The notes under the pieces are model-generated. The model made no database searches and was not told the DNA's origin. It worked only from the letters and a program-made list of their open reading frames with translations. This document shows, piece by piece, positions 13,280 to 26,839 of a stretch of DNA of 64,000 bases (positions are counted from its first letter, which is position 1; each line of letters begins with the position of its first letter). The stretch is taken from NCBI GenBank assembly GCA_951406725.2, contig OX597819.1, positions 54,126,001-54,190,000 of the forward strand, read 5' to 3'. This DNA comes from Octopus vulgaris. Taxonomy: Eukaryota. The position numbers were made by a program, and so were the translations under genes.

Positions 13280-13537
13280 TAAAAATAAATGCGCCCTCTT
13301 TAAATCCTAGCCAGGCTCATGGGCCCGGTTTCCTGGTTTCAATGGCATGTGTTCCAAAGCTAGATGGGACGCCAGTCCATTACAGCGTTACTTAATTTTT
13401 GCCAGCTGAGCGAACTGGAGCAACATGAAATGAAGTGTTTTGCTCAAGAACACAACGCGTCGCCCCATCCAGGAATTGAAACCGTAATCTTACGATCATG
13501 GTGCTGACACCCTAACCACTAAGCCACACGCCTCCAC
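13280..13537 (-). mobile_element. tRNA-derived SINE with V-domain-like segment
   Basis: Head ggaggcgtgtggcttagtggttagg...ggtttcaattcc; internal atggactggcgtcccatc. Confidence 0.65.
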
Positions 13538-14781
13538 ATGAAATTCATATGGGAAGGAAAAATAGTGCTCTGAGGAATTTAAAATATGAAGCTTCCACAT
13601 GCAATATTTAAAAATTTTTCGTTAATTCTTCTGAGCTTGAATTCAAAAAGATGCTTCTTTTTTGATTGATAACCTCCACTTGTGAGCAGGTTGTCTGGAC
13701 ACCCAGCAGTATTAAAAACAGACCTGTTGATGAACTGATGAGCTCCTTGTGAGCCAACAGCCATCCAGTTGGGGAAGGCAATGGCAAACCAACCCAATAT
13801 CTTTTATTTATTTATTACCAACAAGAGGCTAAACACAGAGGGGACAAACAAGGACAGACAAAGGGATTAAGTCGATTACATCGATTCCAGTGTGTAACTG
13901 GTACTTAACTTATCAACACCAAAAGGATGAAAGGCAAAGTCGACCTCGGCAGAATTTGAACTCAGAACGTAACAGCAGTTAAAATATCGCTAAGCATTTT
14001 GCCCGGCATGCTAATGTTTCTGCCAGCTCACCAACCCAATATCTCTACCAATAAAACAATATGAGAAAGTCAGAACAAAGTAGCACTGTGGCTTCACCCG
14101 ATGAGAGATTTTGTGTTTAATCAAGAAGACTTTTGTTGTAGTGTCATAAATGTGCTGCAAAAGTGTACAGTACATGATGACAGCCAAAACAGGCTGACTG
14201 TCTGATCATTTGTGCCAAATCATCTCATTCTGACCCCAAATATGCTACCTGAGGTGGACTGTTTCTTGGTTTTACTTTAACTCTAATAGTTGAAGTTAAG
14301 TAGCTATTTGAATTAACTTTAGTGCTTATTTTACTAGTCTATGTGAACTTATATGTATTTGTTCAATTTACTATAAGTAACAAAATCTCCCTCAAATTCC
14401 ATTCTACTATCCTAAAATCTGATGGACACATTGATTAATAGAATCCTAGATATATAGTAAATAAAAACAAAATAAAAAGATGGGATAGTCACCATCTGGA
14501 ATATCTTTGATGAAAGGCCTGCTCAATCAATGCTCACCTGAGGCTAAATAGCATTGTATTACATCTGAAGATAATTTTACAAAATCACTATCACTAACGT
14601 ATAACAATTACTTGTTAAATCAAAGGTGCAGGAGTGGCTGTGTGGTAAGAAGCTTGCTTACCAACCACATGGTTCCAGGTTCAGTCCCACTGCATGGCAC
14701 CTTGGGCAAGTGTCTTCTACTATAGCCTTGGGCCAACCAAAGCCTTGTGAGTGGATTTGGTAGACGGAAAACTGAAAGAAG

Positions 14782-14853
<72 letters not shown>

Positions 14854-16425
14854 TGTGTGTATGTATATGTTTGTCCCCCCCCAACATTGCTTGACAACCA
14901 ATACTGGTGTGTTTACATCCCTGTCACTTAGCAGTTTGGCAAGAGAGACCGATAGAATAAGTACTAGGCTTACAAAGAATAAGTCCTGGGGTCGATTTGC
15001 TTGACTAAAGGTGGTGCTCCAGCATGGCTGCAGTCAAATGACTGAAACAAATAAAAGAAAGAAAGAAAGAATGTAGAGGGATGACATGTGTTAGTATCTT
15101 TATCTTTTACTTGTTTCAGACACTAGGTTGTGTCTATGCTGGTGCACCAGCTTGAAGGGTTTAGTGAAACATATTGACCCTAGTAATTATTTTTTTAACA
15201 AGTACTATTGGTATCTTTTGCTGAACTGCTAAGTTATGGGAACATAAACCAACCAACACTGGCTTTCAAGCAGTGGTGAGGGACAAACACAACACAGGCA
15301 CAACGGCATTCACATAGTTATATCCACAAGCAGACGTGTGTGTGTGTGTGTGTGTGTGTGTACGTGTGCGTCATGCATTTCCATTCGTCAAGTTCACCCA
15401 CAAGGCTTTGGTTGGCCTGAGACTACAATAGGAGACACTTGCCCAAGGCGATACACTGTGGGACTGAAACCAAAACCACATGGTTGGGAAGCAAGCTTCT
15501 TACCCACACAGCCATGCCTGTGACTATATAATAAAAACACCTTGCAATTTCCTTCTGCTTTTAACATTTAAAAAAAATATCAACTGATAATTTTTCAAGG
15601 AGGTATAAAAATCTGTATTAACTGTGAGCATTAATTAAAGAGTTACCAGTCATGTTAACTGACGGTAATTTTATAAAATTGCTATCACTAATGTATAACA
15701 ATTACTAGTTAAATCAACTTGCTTACTAATCAACAATAGTTATTAGTTTGTGATTTGTTGATACTCCTGTAGAAAAGAAATTAAAGCAGTCATGCATATA
15801 AGCAGGACCTAATAATTATACCAAGGGTCAACTTAAACAAATTTGTATCAAATCTTTCCCTCAATTTAATCCAAAATACACTTTTACTTTTTGTACTTAC
15901 GCTGTTTTTGCAATTATCATTCCATTAAAGTAAGGCAGCAATCCGGCGGAACTGTTAGCATGTTGGACAAAAAGCTTAGAGATGTTGCATCCATCTTTAC
16001 ATTCTGAGTTCAAATTTTGTCATGGCTGACTTGGCTTTTCATCCTTTTGGCGTCAATAAAATAAGTACCAATCAAATATACCGGGGTTGATGTAATCAAC
16101 TACCCCAACCACAAAAAAAAAAAAAAATCTGCTGGACCTATGCCAAAATTTGAAACTATTATCTCACTGAAATTACAAACAAGAGCATCCTCTTACTAGA
16201 TTTGTTTGCTCAAGGGTGCTTCTGGCTGATGAAACACAATGATGTCAAAACATTGGCTGTCTCAGAATCTTTTTGGGGTCAATACAATAAATACTAGTCA
16301 AGTGCTGGGATCAATGTAATCAATTTCCTCCTCCCCTCAAAAACTGCCGGCCTTGTGCCAAAATTTGAAACTGAAATCATAAACAAGAGCTGATTCTCTT
16401 GTTAGATTCATTGACTCATGTGTGT

Positions 16426-16473
16426 TTCTGGCTGATGAGACACAATGTTGTTGAAACATTAGCTGTCCCAGAA
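16426..16473 (+). ncRNA. Degenerate hammerhead-like motif (second copy near 16220-16267)
   Basis: UUCUGG-CUGAUGA-GACA caaugu UGUU-GAAACAUU...CCAGAA; lies in a tandem duplication of about 225 bp. Confidence 0.4.
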
Positions 16474-17026
16474 TCACCTGTGCTAATGAATTGAGTGTGA
16501 TATAAACATATGTTCATCCTAAAGGAAAAGCTCTCCTATGAACAAAATACAAGTGTTTAGCCATTTGACTCTACTGGAATGTATCAAGTTTAAAATGCAA
16601 GTCATTGTCCAGAATATGAATTACAGCAGGCATCCCAATCTATACATTTTATCCTTTGTCTTCTCTTTCATAATAATCATTTGTTCTTGATCTTATAGTT
16701 GTTGTTAGTCCTATGTTCTGATCAAGCAAATCTACTATGACCAAAGATATTCCAACCATAACCATCCTATCTTTTTCCAGTCATTGTATATCTTGGACTC
16801 TAATATTTGATGTGCTTTTTTTTAGACACTAAGGGTGTGATTTTAAAGAGATTTTAAGTCTTTGTTAGCAGTGACCAGAAGATCTTTAGTGCATATGTGT
16901 GAGTGTATGCAATTGAAAAATGGGAGAGAGGGAGAGAGAGAGAGAGAGAGAGGGACAGATGGGGGAAGAGGGGAGGGAGAGAAAGAAAGTGAGACACAGA
17001 GAGACAGAGACAGACAGACCTTACTT

Positions 17027-17093
<67 letters not shown>

Positions 17094-17735
17094 AGGGAAG
17101 GAGAGAGAAAGAGATAGACAGATAAAGAATATTTATCAGTCAAATGTATTTTCAGAAAGACAATGACATTTGAAACTCAAATGTGTTTGTGGTTATTAGT
17201 TAGAGATTGTCCTTTATCTTCTGAGTTCAAAAGCTTCTAAGGTCAGCTGTTCTTTTCGTTTTTCTGGGTTGATAAATAAAGAACCAGTTGGGTACTGATT
17301 GGAACTGATGTATTTGCTGATATTCTCCTCTAAAATTTGTAGCCTTCAAAATAAATATTTGGGATTAGAGAAAGGGTGGTTGTGGGTGGTACCAAGCTAA
17401 AGATTTGTATAGAAAAACATTTACAGTGAGGTTAAGTTATGATTTGGAAAAGGAGTGGGGAGTAAAGTGGTACCGGTAAAGGACAGACAGTCAACTCAGT
17501 GTATGGATATACATGGATGTGATGGAAAGAAAGGAAGAAGAAAATAAAGAAATTAATATTGTTTTTAATATTAATACATGGGGCATGCCATAGCCATGTA
17601 TTTGGCCCAGGCATAGCCGCTTGGTAAGAAGTTTGCTCTCAAATTACATGGTCTTGGGTTCAGTCACATTATATGGTATCTTGGGCAAGTATCTTCTGCT
17701 ATAGCCCTGGAAACTGAAAGTAGTCTGTCATATAT

Positions 17736-17769
<34 letters not shown>

Positions 17770-17774
<5 letters not shown>

Positions 17775-17957
17775 TTAAATATAAGAGAGCCAACTTTAAA
17801 TATGTTAACTCTAGTGCTAGAAATAGGTCCACCGGTATAGTCGCCAACGATAATTCCACATAGAAATAGCACTACATCATTGGCGACTATACCGGTGGAC
17901 CTATTTCTAGCACTAGAGTTAACATATTTAAAGTTGGCTCTCTTATATTTACGGATA
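17770..17957. repeat. Near-perfect inverted repeat, 82-bp arms, 24-bp spacer
   Basis: 17770-17851 versus 17876-17957 shows 2 mismatches. The element extends to ~18060 and has (TA)n on both sides. Confidence 0.92.
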
Positions 17958-18436
17958 AATATGAATTTGTATCCCCGGTTTATTGTGCTAGGTCGCTCGG
18001 TGTTAAAATAAGGATATTATTGAATTAATATCTATAATTTTATTCACCCTCATTATTGAATATATATATATATATATATATACACACAAAGACCCTCATC
18101 CACCCCCTCAGTCATGAATGGCCATCAGATTGCACCTAGAAAGTTACCCTCTGAGGCATAAGTCTGGGAAAGGAAGACCAGTAGTCACCCATGCATAACA
18201 CCCTCCCATCTCCACGCCACCGATGTTATCCAAGGGAAAGGCAAAGGCTGATAAAGCTTGGCACAAGTGATGTCATAACACATGTCTACAGCTGAGCAAA
18301 CTGGAGCAATGTGAAAATAAAGTGTCTTGCTCAAGAACACAATACACAGCCTGGTTCAGGAATTGAATTTACTACCTCGTGATTGTGAGCCTAACACACT
18401 AGCCACTGAGTCATGTGCCTTCACAATATATATATA

Positions 18437-18468
<32 letters not shown>

Positions 18469-18563
18469 GTTAATCCAAACAAGAAAACACAGAAAAACAC
18501 AACGCGAGGACGTGGAACAATTATAGTATTATTGGACGCTCAGGAAGGAAGGGAAGAAGGAGG

Positions 18564-18598
18564 GTTAAACGTTTCGAGCGGAGCTCTTCGTCGGAAAC
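18564..18598 (-). ncRNA. Minimal Penelope-type hammerhead motif (U4C variant)
   Basis: Minus strand: GUUU-CCGACGA-A-GAGC UCC GCUC-GAAACGUU-UAAC, inside a ~200-bp element flanked by (TA)n. Confidence 0.55.
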
Positions 18599-18900
18599 AT
18601 AGGAGAAGGAAAGATCCAGAGAAGGGAAGACAAAGGAAAAAAAATCGCCAATGGTACACATGAGGTCACATTTATATATATATATCATCCTCATCCTCAT
18701 CCTCCTCCTCATCATCATTGTTTAATGTCCATTTTCCATGTTGGCGCGTGAGTTGGATAGTTTGGCAGAAGCTGGCCAAACTTCAATTGTCTGTTGTGGC
18801 ATGGTTTCTATGGCTGGATACCATTCCTAACACCAACCACTTTACAGAGTATTACATGCCACTGGCATGGGTGTGTTTACAAAGCCCCAGCATATATATG

Positions 18901-18956
<56 letters not shown>

Positions 18957-18959
<3 letters not shown>

Positions 18960-19261
18960 TGAAACCTCGGGTAACAAACTTCTCTCATCATGAACAATTT
19001 TTTTAACATAGAACGTCTCAGGTGATGAATGGTTTCTTGAGTATCAAAAACACAAGCCAGAAACAATGATTGGCAACAAGCAGGGAGTATCAGCAGGAGA
19101 ACATCAGTTGCCATCTAACTTTTGCTTAGGGCTCATCTCTGCTTCACTTTGCTGTGCTTTTTCTTGAATTTACTATGGGATAAATAGTTTCAGTTTCCAA
19201 ACATTTCAGATGATGAACAGCCTTCAGTAATGAATTAAATTTGTAGACCAAGATTTCATCA
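18957..19261. mobile_element. pogo/Tigger-like MITE
   Basis: TA-cagtgaaacctcg ... degenerate caagatttcatca-TA ends. Confidence 0.5.
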
Positions 19262-19362
19262 TATATTTATATGTATACACACGCACACACACACACACAT
19301 ATGTATGTATGTATGCATGTAAGTATATATGCATGCATGCATATTTTTAGGAAGTTGGTTGT

Positions 19363-19447
19363 TATGGCTGGTCAGAGAGTGACCATTGGTTTTGCACCTA
19401 TAAAACACTTAATTGTATAAGCAACTCATCAGACTCAAATGGCCATA
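19363..19447 (-). ncRNA. Degenerate type I hammerhead ribozyme (G12 to A)
   Basis: Minus strand: GAGU-CUGAUGA-GUUGCUUAUA...UAUAGGUGC-AAA-ACC AAU GGU-C-ACUC; distal stem I UAUGGC/GCCAUA. Confidence 0.65.
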
Positions 19448-19987
19448 GACACATAACCTCTCCACAAGTGGAGGGAAGGTGTCATGGTCAGTTGGTTTTG
19501 TAAACAAAAAACATACATCTGGAAAAGCCATGCAGATGGTGTTTCAGGTGGGACATGGTTATCTCTCTTACATTGGTTCCAACCGTGACAATTTTAGAAG
19601 TTGCTGTCATGTTCTAATTGATGAATGGAGAATTTCAAGCTCATAACAGGAAACATCTCAATTGAGGACATTGACTAAATACTTCTTTCCTGAAGTTTAA
19701 AAATTTTTGTGGGTCGAGCAAGTTTTTTAAGGTTCCTGTTACAAGCTCCCCATTTGTCAAATAGAACCACGACAGCAACTTTGAAATCTCCACAGTTGGA
19801 ACCGATGTAAAGAAGATAACCCCCATCCCATTTGAACCACTTCCTGTGTGGCCATTCCAGATGTATATCTTTTGCTTATAAAACTAACTGACCATGACGT
19901 TTTTCTCCTGCCAGTTGTGGAGAGGTTGTGTGCCTCCAGCCATTTGAATCTGATGAGTTGCCTATACAGCTAAGCACTTTATAGGTG
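19395..19987. repeat. Old fold-back element with ~260-bp diverged inverted arms
   Basis: 19395 to ~19655 aligns with the reverse complement of ~19733-19987. Confidence 0.8.
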
Positions 19988-22900
19988 TTTGTTACTGTCT
20001 CCTTGCTTCAACATTGTATGTTAGGGTTAGGACTGTAAATAAGTGTCACTGTCATGCAAGCAGTGTTCTTTGTTTCCAATATTCCATAAAAACATATCTG
20101 GTCATGAGAAAATTCTACTTTACTTGGAAACAGGTAAGGGCTGGCAACAGAAAAGAACATCTGAATTTGTTGAGGTGGATTTTCTAGTCAGATGTTCTTG
20201 TGGATGTTAAAACAATGACATCAGTCTGCATTGGAGCCTTTGCATGTGGAAGAAACTATTTCTTTGTTAGGAAAATTAGAATTTATTGAAGATCAGCATT
20301 AATTAGTTATAAGTGAAATACATAAATTTGAAAATATGTAAAATCTTGGAATGGTAAATGGAAACACTGAGAACTTAGTCAAGTAGTGTAATTCTTAAAG
20401 TTAAAAGTTATTCATGAATAGAATCATAGTACAATTTTTCTCATTCATTCATCTCTACCTGTTTCTCATCCTCTTCCCACTTCTTCATCACTCCTTCTTT
20501 CTTTTTCCTCATACTAATTCCTTGCCTAATGTGTGAGTTATTTTGAGATGCATACCTTGGCAAAATTTCATTCAAGACAACAAATTAATAGTGAGTTTAA
20601 ATTAGGTCTTAAATATAGACTAATTAGTACATATGTGAAGTATGAGAAATATTTTATGAGAAAGCAGCAATCAGTGTCAAAAAAAAAAAAAAGGAAGAAA
20701 TAAAAACCAAAATACATATGTTATTAATCATCAAGAAATGTTAAGTAAATAATCATTGATGGAAACAAATAGAGCATATTTCCTTCTGGAAAATGCTGCA
20801 AGATAAGAGAATGGATAAGAAAATATTATAAGCTGATTATTTCTTGCGACCTGTTTTCTATGTTTCTGTTTTATCTGTAAGTACAAGTATTGGAAAGGGT
20901 AAAACTCACTTAACAATGCAGAAAGTAGAGAGAAGAATAATTTTATTTAAAATTTCAACTTTAACAGACCCTAGTCATCAGCTGAAAAATTTGCCTTTTA
21001 AATCACACTCCCCACTTCTATATTTATAATTTTATATTGATTCTATAATCTGTTTGAGTGTTATCATATCTGTTGTATTTGTAGTCAAACAATTTTTCTT
21101 TTTAAAAAAAATATCAAATTCAATATCAATTTATTTTTGTGATCTTAAGCATCCCCCCATCCTCACCTGACCTATTTGAGGAAAATGATCTTAATCAGAT
21201 AAAGGAGACATATGTATAAGTCAATAAATCATTTACTAAATAAATTCTTTAAAAATATAATATGTGTTTACACTTGCAGTTAGGTGTACTTGAAACTCAC
21301 AGCAGACGAAGGAAGTGTTTATGGATACAAACTTTGATTGAGCTATAAATGAAGAAAATGAAATTGATCTGTAGAGATTAAGAAAACCTTGACATCTCTA
21401 TATTAACATAGATATAAGCTTCGTGTCTATGTCAGTATTGATTTCTTACATAGGTTGTTGTTATTGTTGTTGCTGTCATTGTTTTGTCCCAGATAAATCT
21501 TTTGCAAGCCAGCCTATGTTTAAAGATATTCTAGCTTCAACTATCTCATGTTTTCGCACATAGTTAATCTCAGATTACATTATCCGATGTTTCTTTCTAT
21601 CTTTAAGACAATAGGGTGTGATTTGAGAAAGATTTGGTTGCTATTTCTAGTAACTCAAATGGCTTGCTTTACATAATTAGAAATAATAACAATAGCAGCA
21701 GCAACAACACTTTCCAGATATTTGTTGTTGTTTTTTAATTTACATTTATTTATATATTTATTTATCAGAAGAGCAGGTAGAGTACTCATGACTGTTGTAG
21801 GTTCCATGTTCTTTAGACAGAAGAGATCAATCAATGTATTTGGTGTTCAGGTTGAGCAACTGCAAATCAATACTTGTAGCAAAAAAAAAAAAAAAAATGA
21901 TGAGGCAGGAGTCATCTGCAAGGAATGAAAAAATCTGTAAGGTCTAGTCTGGAGAAGGGGAGAGATTGTGGTGGTGGGGCATTTTAAGTTGGAAATCTGC
22001 ATTAAAGCTAACTGCCATCTGACAAAACCTATTTAAAAAATAATTATAGTATTAATCATAGCTGTGAGGTTAAGGAGTTCATTTTGCAACCACATAGTTT
22101 AGGTTCAATCCCACTACATAGTACCTTAGACAAATGCCTTCTATTATAACTCTGGGTCAACCAATGACATGTGAATTAGGTAGAGGGAAACTGTGTAGAA
22201 GCCTGTGGTGTATGTTGGTATGTCTTTGTGTTTGTCTCCCAACCACTCAATAACCTCTGATGGTTTGTTTACATTCTCATAACATAGTAGTTCAGCAAAA
22301 GAGGCCAATAGAATAAGTACCAGACTTTAAGAAAAAAAAAGTACTGGGGTTGGTTTGTTCAGCTAAATCCTTCAAGGCAGTGCTGCAGCATGGCCACTGT
22401 TCAATGACTGAAAGAAGTAAAAGATAAAAGACAAACAATGAAAGAAGCTAAACCTATTATTCTATAAAATATAATGATTTACAAAAAACTCAAATGAAAT
22501 ATGAAAAAAAGGCAGATTTTCAAAATAGGCACTTCTACTATAACATTTTGTTTTATGTATTTAAAAAAAAATTCTTTAAATTTTTCTGTTTTAAACACAG
22601 TTACAATTACATTATTCGAGTTATTAAGTTATTACAAGCATAGTAACAGGAATATGAATAAGTGTTCCTGAAATTCAAAGACAGGCTTTAAATGGAATGA
22701 AATCAACAAAGATATATTCTCATGTAATTATTTTTCTCTGAAATATAGAACTTTTTGTAGAAGGCTGCACTTGCCCTTCAGAAAGTTGCACGTGCGCAGC
22801 CTTAATGCAACTAGCATCCTCGCTGTCAGGTAATATTTGCTTTTCTTAAGAGCATCAGTAGCATATGTGAACCAAGAATTGAAGCTTAGTAGCTGATTCA

Positions 22901-23558
22901 GCTTGTCAGAAGCTTATCTCCCTGCTTCATGCAATACACTACACAGTATAATCATAAATATTAATGATGTTGTAAAGTGATAATTTATTATGTATTTTCG
23001 CGTCTTTTTACTTTCATACATCAGCATATAATGTAATTATGTATTGATTGTATGCTGCGCATTACAAATGTAAACATACACACTCACCTAAGCACACACA
23101 CATATGCACACACCCTTGCTCACATACAGATTCACATACATGAACTCTATTTGTATATATCTGGATGAAAAACATATATTGATTGTGTGTGTGTGTGTGT
23201 GTGTGCGTTTGTGTGTGCATGTGTGTGTGTGTGTTTGTGTGTGCATGTGTGTGTGTGTGTATGTGTGTGTACATACATACACACACAATATATATATATA
23301 GATATAAATATAAATATACATGTATGTATGTGTGTGTGCGTTTGTGTGTGCATGTGTGTGTGTGTGTACATACATACACACACAATATATATATATTGGT
23401 TGGCGTTAGGAAGTGGTTGGCGTTAGGAAGGGCATCCAGCTGTAGAAACACTGCCAGATCTGACTGGACTGGTGCAGCTTTCGGGCTCCCCAGACCCCAG
23501 TTGAACCGTCCAACCCATGCTAGCATGGAAAGCGGACGTTAAATGATGATGATGATGA

Positions 23559-23596
<38 letters not shown>

Positions 23597-24279
23597 CGAG
23601 AGAGAGAGCCTATACAGACAGATATAGATATAAATATACATGCATGTATATATATATATCATCATCGTTTAACGTCCGCTTTCCATGTTAGCATGGGTTG
23701 GACGATTTGACTGAGGTCTGGCGAACCAGATGGCTGCACAAGGCTCCAATGTGATCTGGCAGAGTTTCTACAGCTGGATGTCCTTCCTAACGGCAACCAC
23801 TCTGAGAGTGTAGTGGGTACTTTTATGGGCCACCGGCACGAGGGCCAGTCAGGCGTTTCTGGCAATGGCTATGGTCAAATGATATTTTTTATGTGCTACC
23901 TGCACAGGAGCCAGTCCAGCAGCACTGGTAATGACCTTGCTCGAAAGTTTTTTCATGTGCCAGTAAGGCAACGCAGGCAACAATCATGCTCGAATGGTGC
24001 TTTTTACGTGCCACCGGCACAGAAGCCAGTTTGTTGCTCTGGCAATGGTCACGCATAGACAGTGTTCTTAGTGCTCCACTAGCGCAAATGCCAGTCATCG
24101 AATTTTATTTCAATTTCACTTGCCTCAACAGGTCTTCACAAGCACAGTTTAGTGTCCAATGAAGGAAAGGTATGCATAAGTGGGCTGGTTACACTCCTGG
24201 CATAGGCCACGAGGTTATGGTCTCACTTGGCTTGCCAAGTCTTCTCAAGCACAGCATATTTCCATACAAATATTTGTGT

Positions 24280-24319
<40 letters not shown>

Positions 24320-24781
24320 CTCTAACTGTGGAAAGAACCTGTAGAAGAGGTAGACCCAGGAAGACATGGGACAAGGTGACGAAACATGATCTTCAAATGT
24401 TAAGCATCATGGAGGCAGTGACAAGTGACCGAGACCTTTGGTGATATGCTGTTTGAGAAGACATGTCAAGCCAAGGGAAATCATAGTGGTGGTCAATGTC
24501 ACTGTCATGTAACTGGCACCCATGCAGATGGCACATAAAAACACTCATGGTGGTGGCACATAAAAAGCACCCATTACACTCTGGGAGTGGTTAGCATTAG
24601 GAAGGGCATCCTGCCTTTGAAATCATGCCAAGTCAGACTGAAACCTGGTGCAGCTCCCTGGTTTACCAGTTCCAGTCAAACTATCCAACCAATGCCAACA
24701 TGGAAAGCAGATGCTAAATAATGATGATGATGATGGTATATTCAAATAATATACATATAGTGTCACTGCAATTTGTATGTA

Positions 24782-25696
24782 TTGGGTCAGCCCATAAATA
24801 ATGTGGCTTTTTCAATTGCATGAACTAAAAGTCAGAGGGGGACAAGATAAACTACCTGCATCAACTTGCTATACAAGCAGGAAGTAATTTTACCTTGCTT
24901 TTATTCTTAGTGCAAGTTTTGAAGAGTGCAGTTCAATTTTAACAGTTATTTTTTTCAAAGGAAGTGACAAAGGAGCATATTCGGCATATTTTGCTTCATG
25001 ACTTCAATAAAGGCAACAATGCAACTGAAAGGACAAGGAATATTAATGCAGTATATGGCGATCAGACAATAAGTATAAGCCAGTGCCAATGGTGGTCCCA
25101 GAAATTCTGAGCTGAAAACTACAGCCTAGAAGACGAATCTCATCCTGGAAGATCTGAGGAGCTCAACGAGGACATCCTGCAAACCTTGGTGGAACAAAAT
25201 CCCATCATAACTGCTGAGAAACTAGCCGAGAAGCCCAGAGTTGGTCATTCAACCAGTCATTCAAGTCAGCACTAGAAGGAAAATGACTATCTTTGGTTTC
25301 AAGACAAAAGGTGTTCTTCCATCAGGATAATGCTCGACCACAGACATTGAGGATGACATTCCAAAGGCTGGAGCTGTTTGAATGGGAAATGATGCTCCAC
25401 CCACCATATTTGCTGGACATTTCTCCAGCTGATTATCATTTATTCTGCTGTCTTCAAAATCACTTGGATGGAAAAAATATGAATTCTGTAGGCAAGGCCA
25501 GAACAGTACTAGAGGAGTATTTTTCGTCACAGACAAGGGAATTTTGGAAGAGGAGCCCTTTCAAGTCTACCAGATAGATGGAAGAGCATAGTAGAAAATG
25601 AAGGAGAGTATATTTTAGATTAAAAAAGAACTTTATTTATCTTAATTTTGAAAAATAAAAGTATAGTAAACCCACAATATTTATGGGATGACCCAA
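24782..25696 (+). mobile_element. Internally deleted mariner element
   Basis: TIRs ttgggtca(g/t)cccataaata flanked by TA. Fragments HIRHILLHDFNKG, HQDNARP and HPPY..DISPADYHLF. Confidence 0.88.
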
Positions 25697-26839
25697 TATG
25701 TTGTTGGTTTTTATGCTGAAATCTTCTTGGACTGGGTCAACCTATAATGACAAAATATTCCATTCCTAAACTTCCATCAATTCAAGGGGCATGTAAGATA
25801 ACATTATTAAGTGTATCCTTTCCTTATTTCATTATTTAACACTCTACTGTTTGACTTCAGGGTGGTTTGGTCACTATTTCTAGCATGTTGAGCAATCACA
25901 TTGAGGCTCCCTTGTTAGCTCGTATGTATGTATGATTTAGTGTGAGTGAGGTGTGGTTGTATGTATTTTTAGAGATGTCTAAAATGATAAGCAAGAATTT
26001 ATGTATTTAGCTATGTATTATGCAATATAATATTTTACAACTTGTCTGGTAATATAAACCTTTACAGTTTGCATGAAAGGTCTATTTTAGATGTTTTCTC
26101 TTGTATTAATATATATGACCTCAATTGATGTAATTAGAAATACCCCAGTTTCTTTCTTTTTTTTATTCTTTTCTAAAGTAACATTTACGTGACTGCTGAT
26201 TTTTCTCACTTTTCTATGGTTTCGCTCATTAAACAGAGGATATAGTAGTATTGACAAGTTTTATAGTGTTTATAATCATGGTTGGGGGAAAAAAAATGAA
26301 ATTGGTGGCACCTGAACAAGAATTGGTATTGATTTCATGCTGAGGCACAAGTCCTTGAGTTTATGGGGAGAATATAGTTATTATACATATCGACCTAGTG
26401 CTTGACTGGTATCTTATTTTATTGACTGCAGTGGGATGAAAAGCAAAAATCAATCTTACTAGGATGTGAACTTAGAAGGTAAAGAATGCAATGAGATATA
26501 GGAGATATAGCTGACTAACTACAACAAGATATCTTGACTGACACTTATCTATCAATTTATTACCCTTACCTCAACAATTACCATATTTACTTGTGTATAT
26601 GTTGCACTCTTGTATAAGTCCCATACCCAGTTTAGTGATAAATCTTGGTACAAAATTTTCCCTTTTCATAGTTTTAGCTTTGCCCCATGTATAAGTCACA
26701 CTCAGTTTTTTCCACAAAGACTGATATATATATATATATATATACATGTGTGTGTGTGTGTGTGTGTGTGCAGCATATATATATATATATAGGATAGATG
26801 AAAGAGTCTAGATTATCTTATATATATGCAGCATGGAAT

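Noticed and set aside
13733-13760. CTGATGA-GCTC cttgt GAGC hammerhead-like start
   Set aside because: Followed by CAACAG instead of GAAA, with no stem III or stem I partner. Too incomplete to call.
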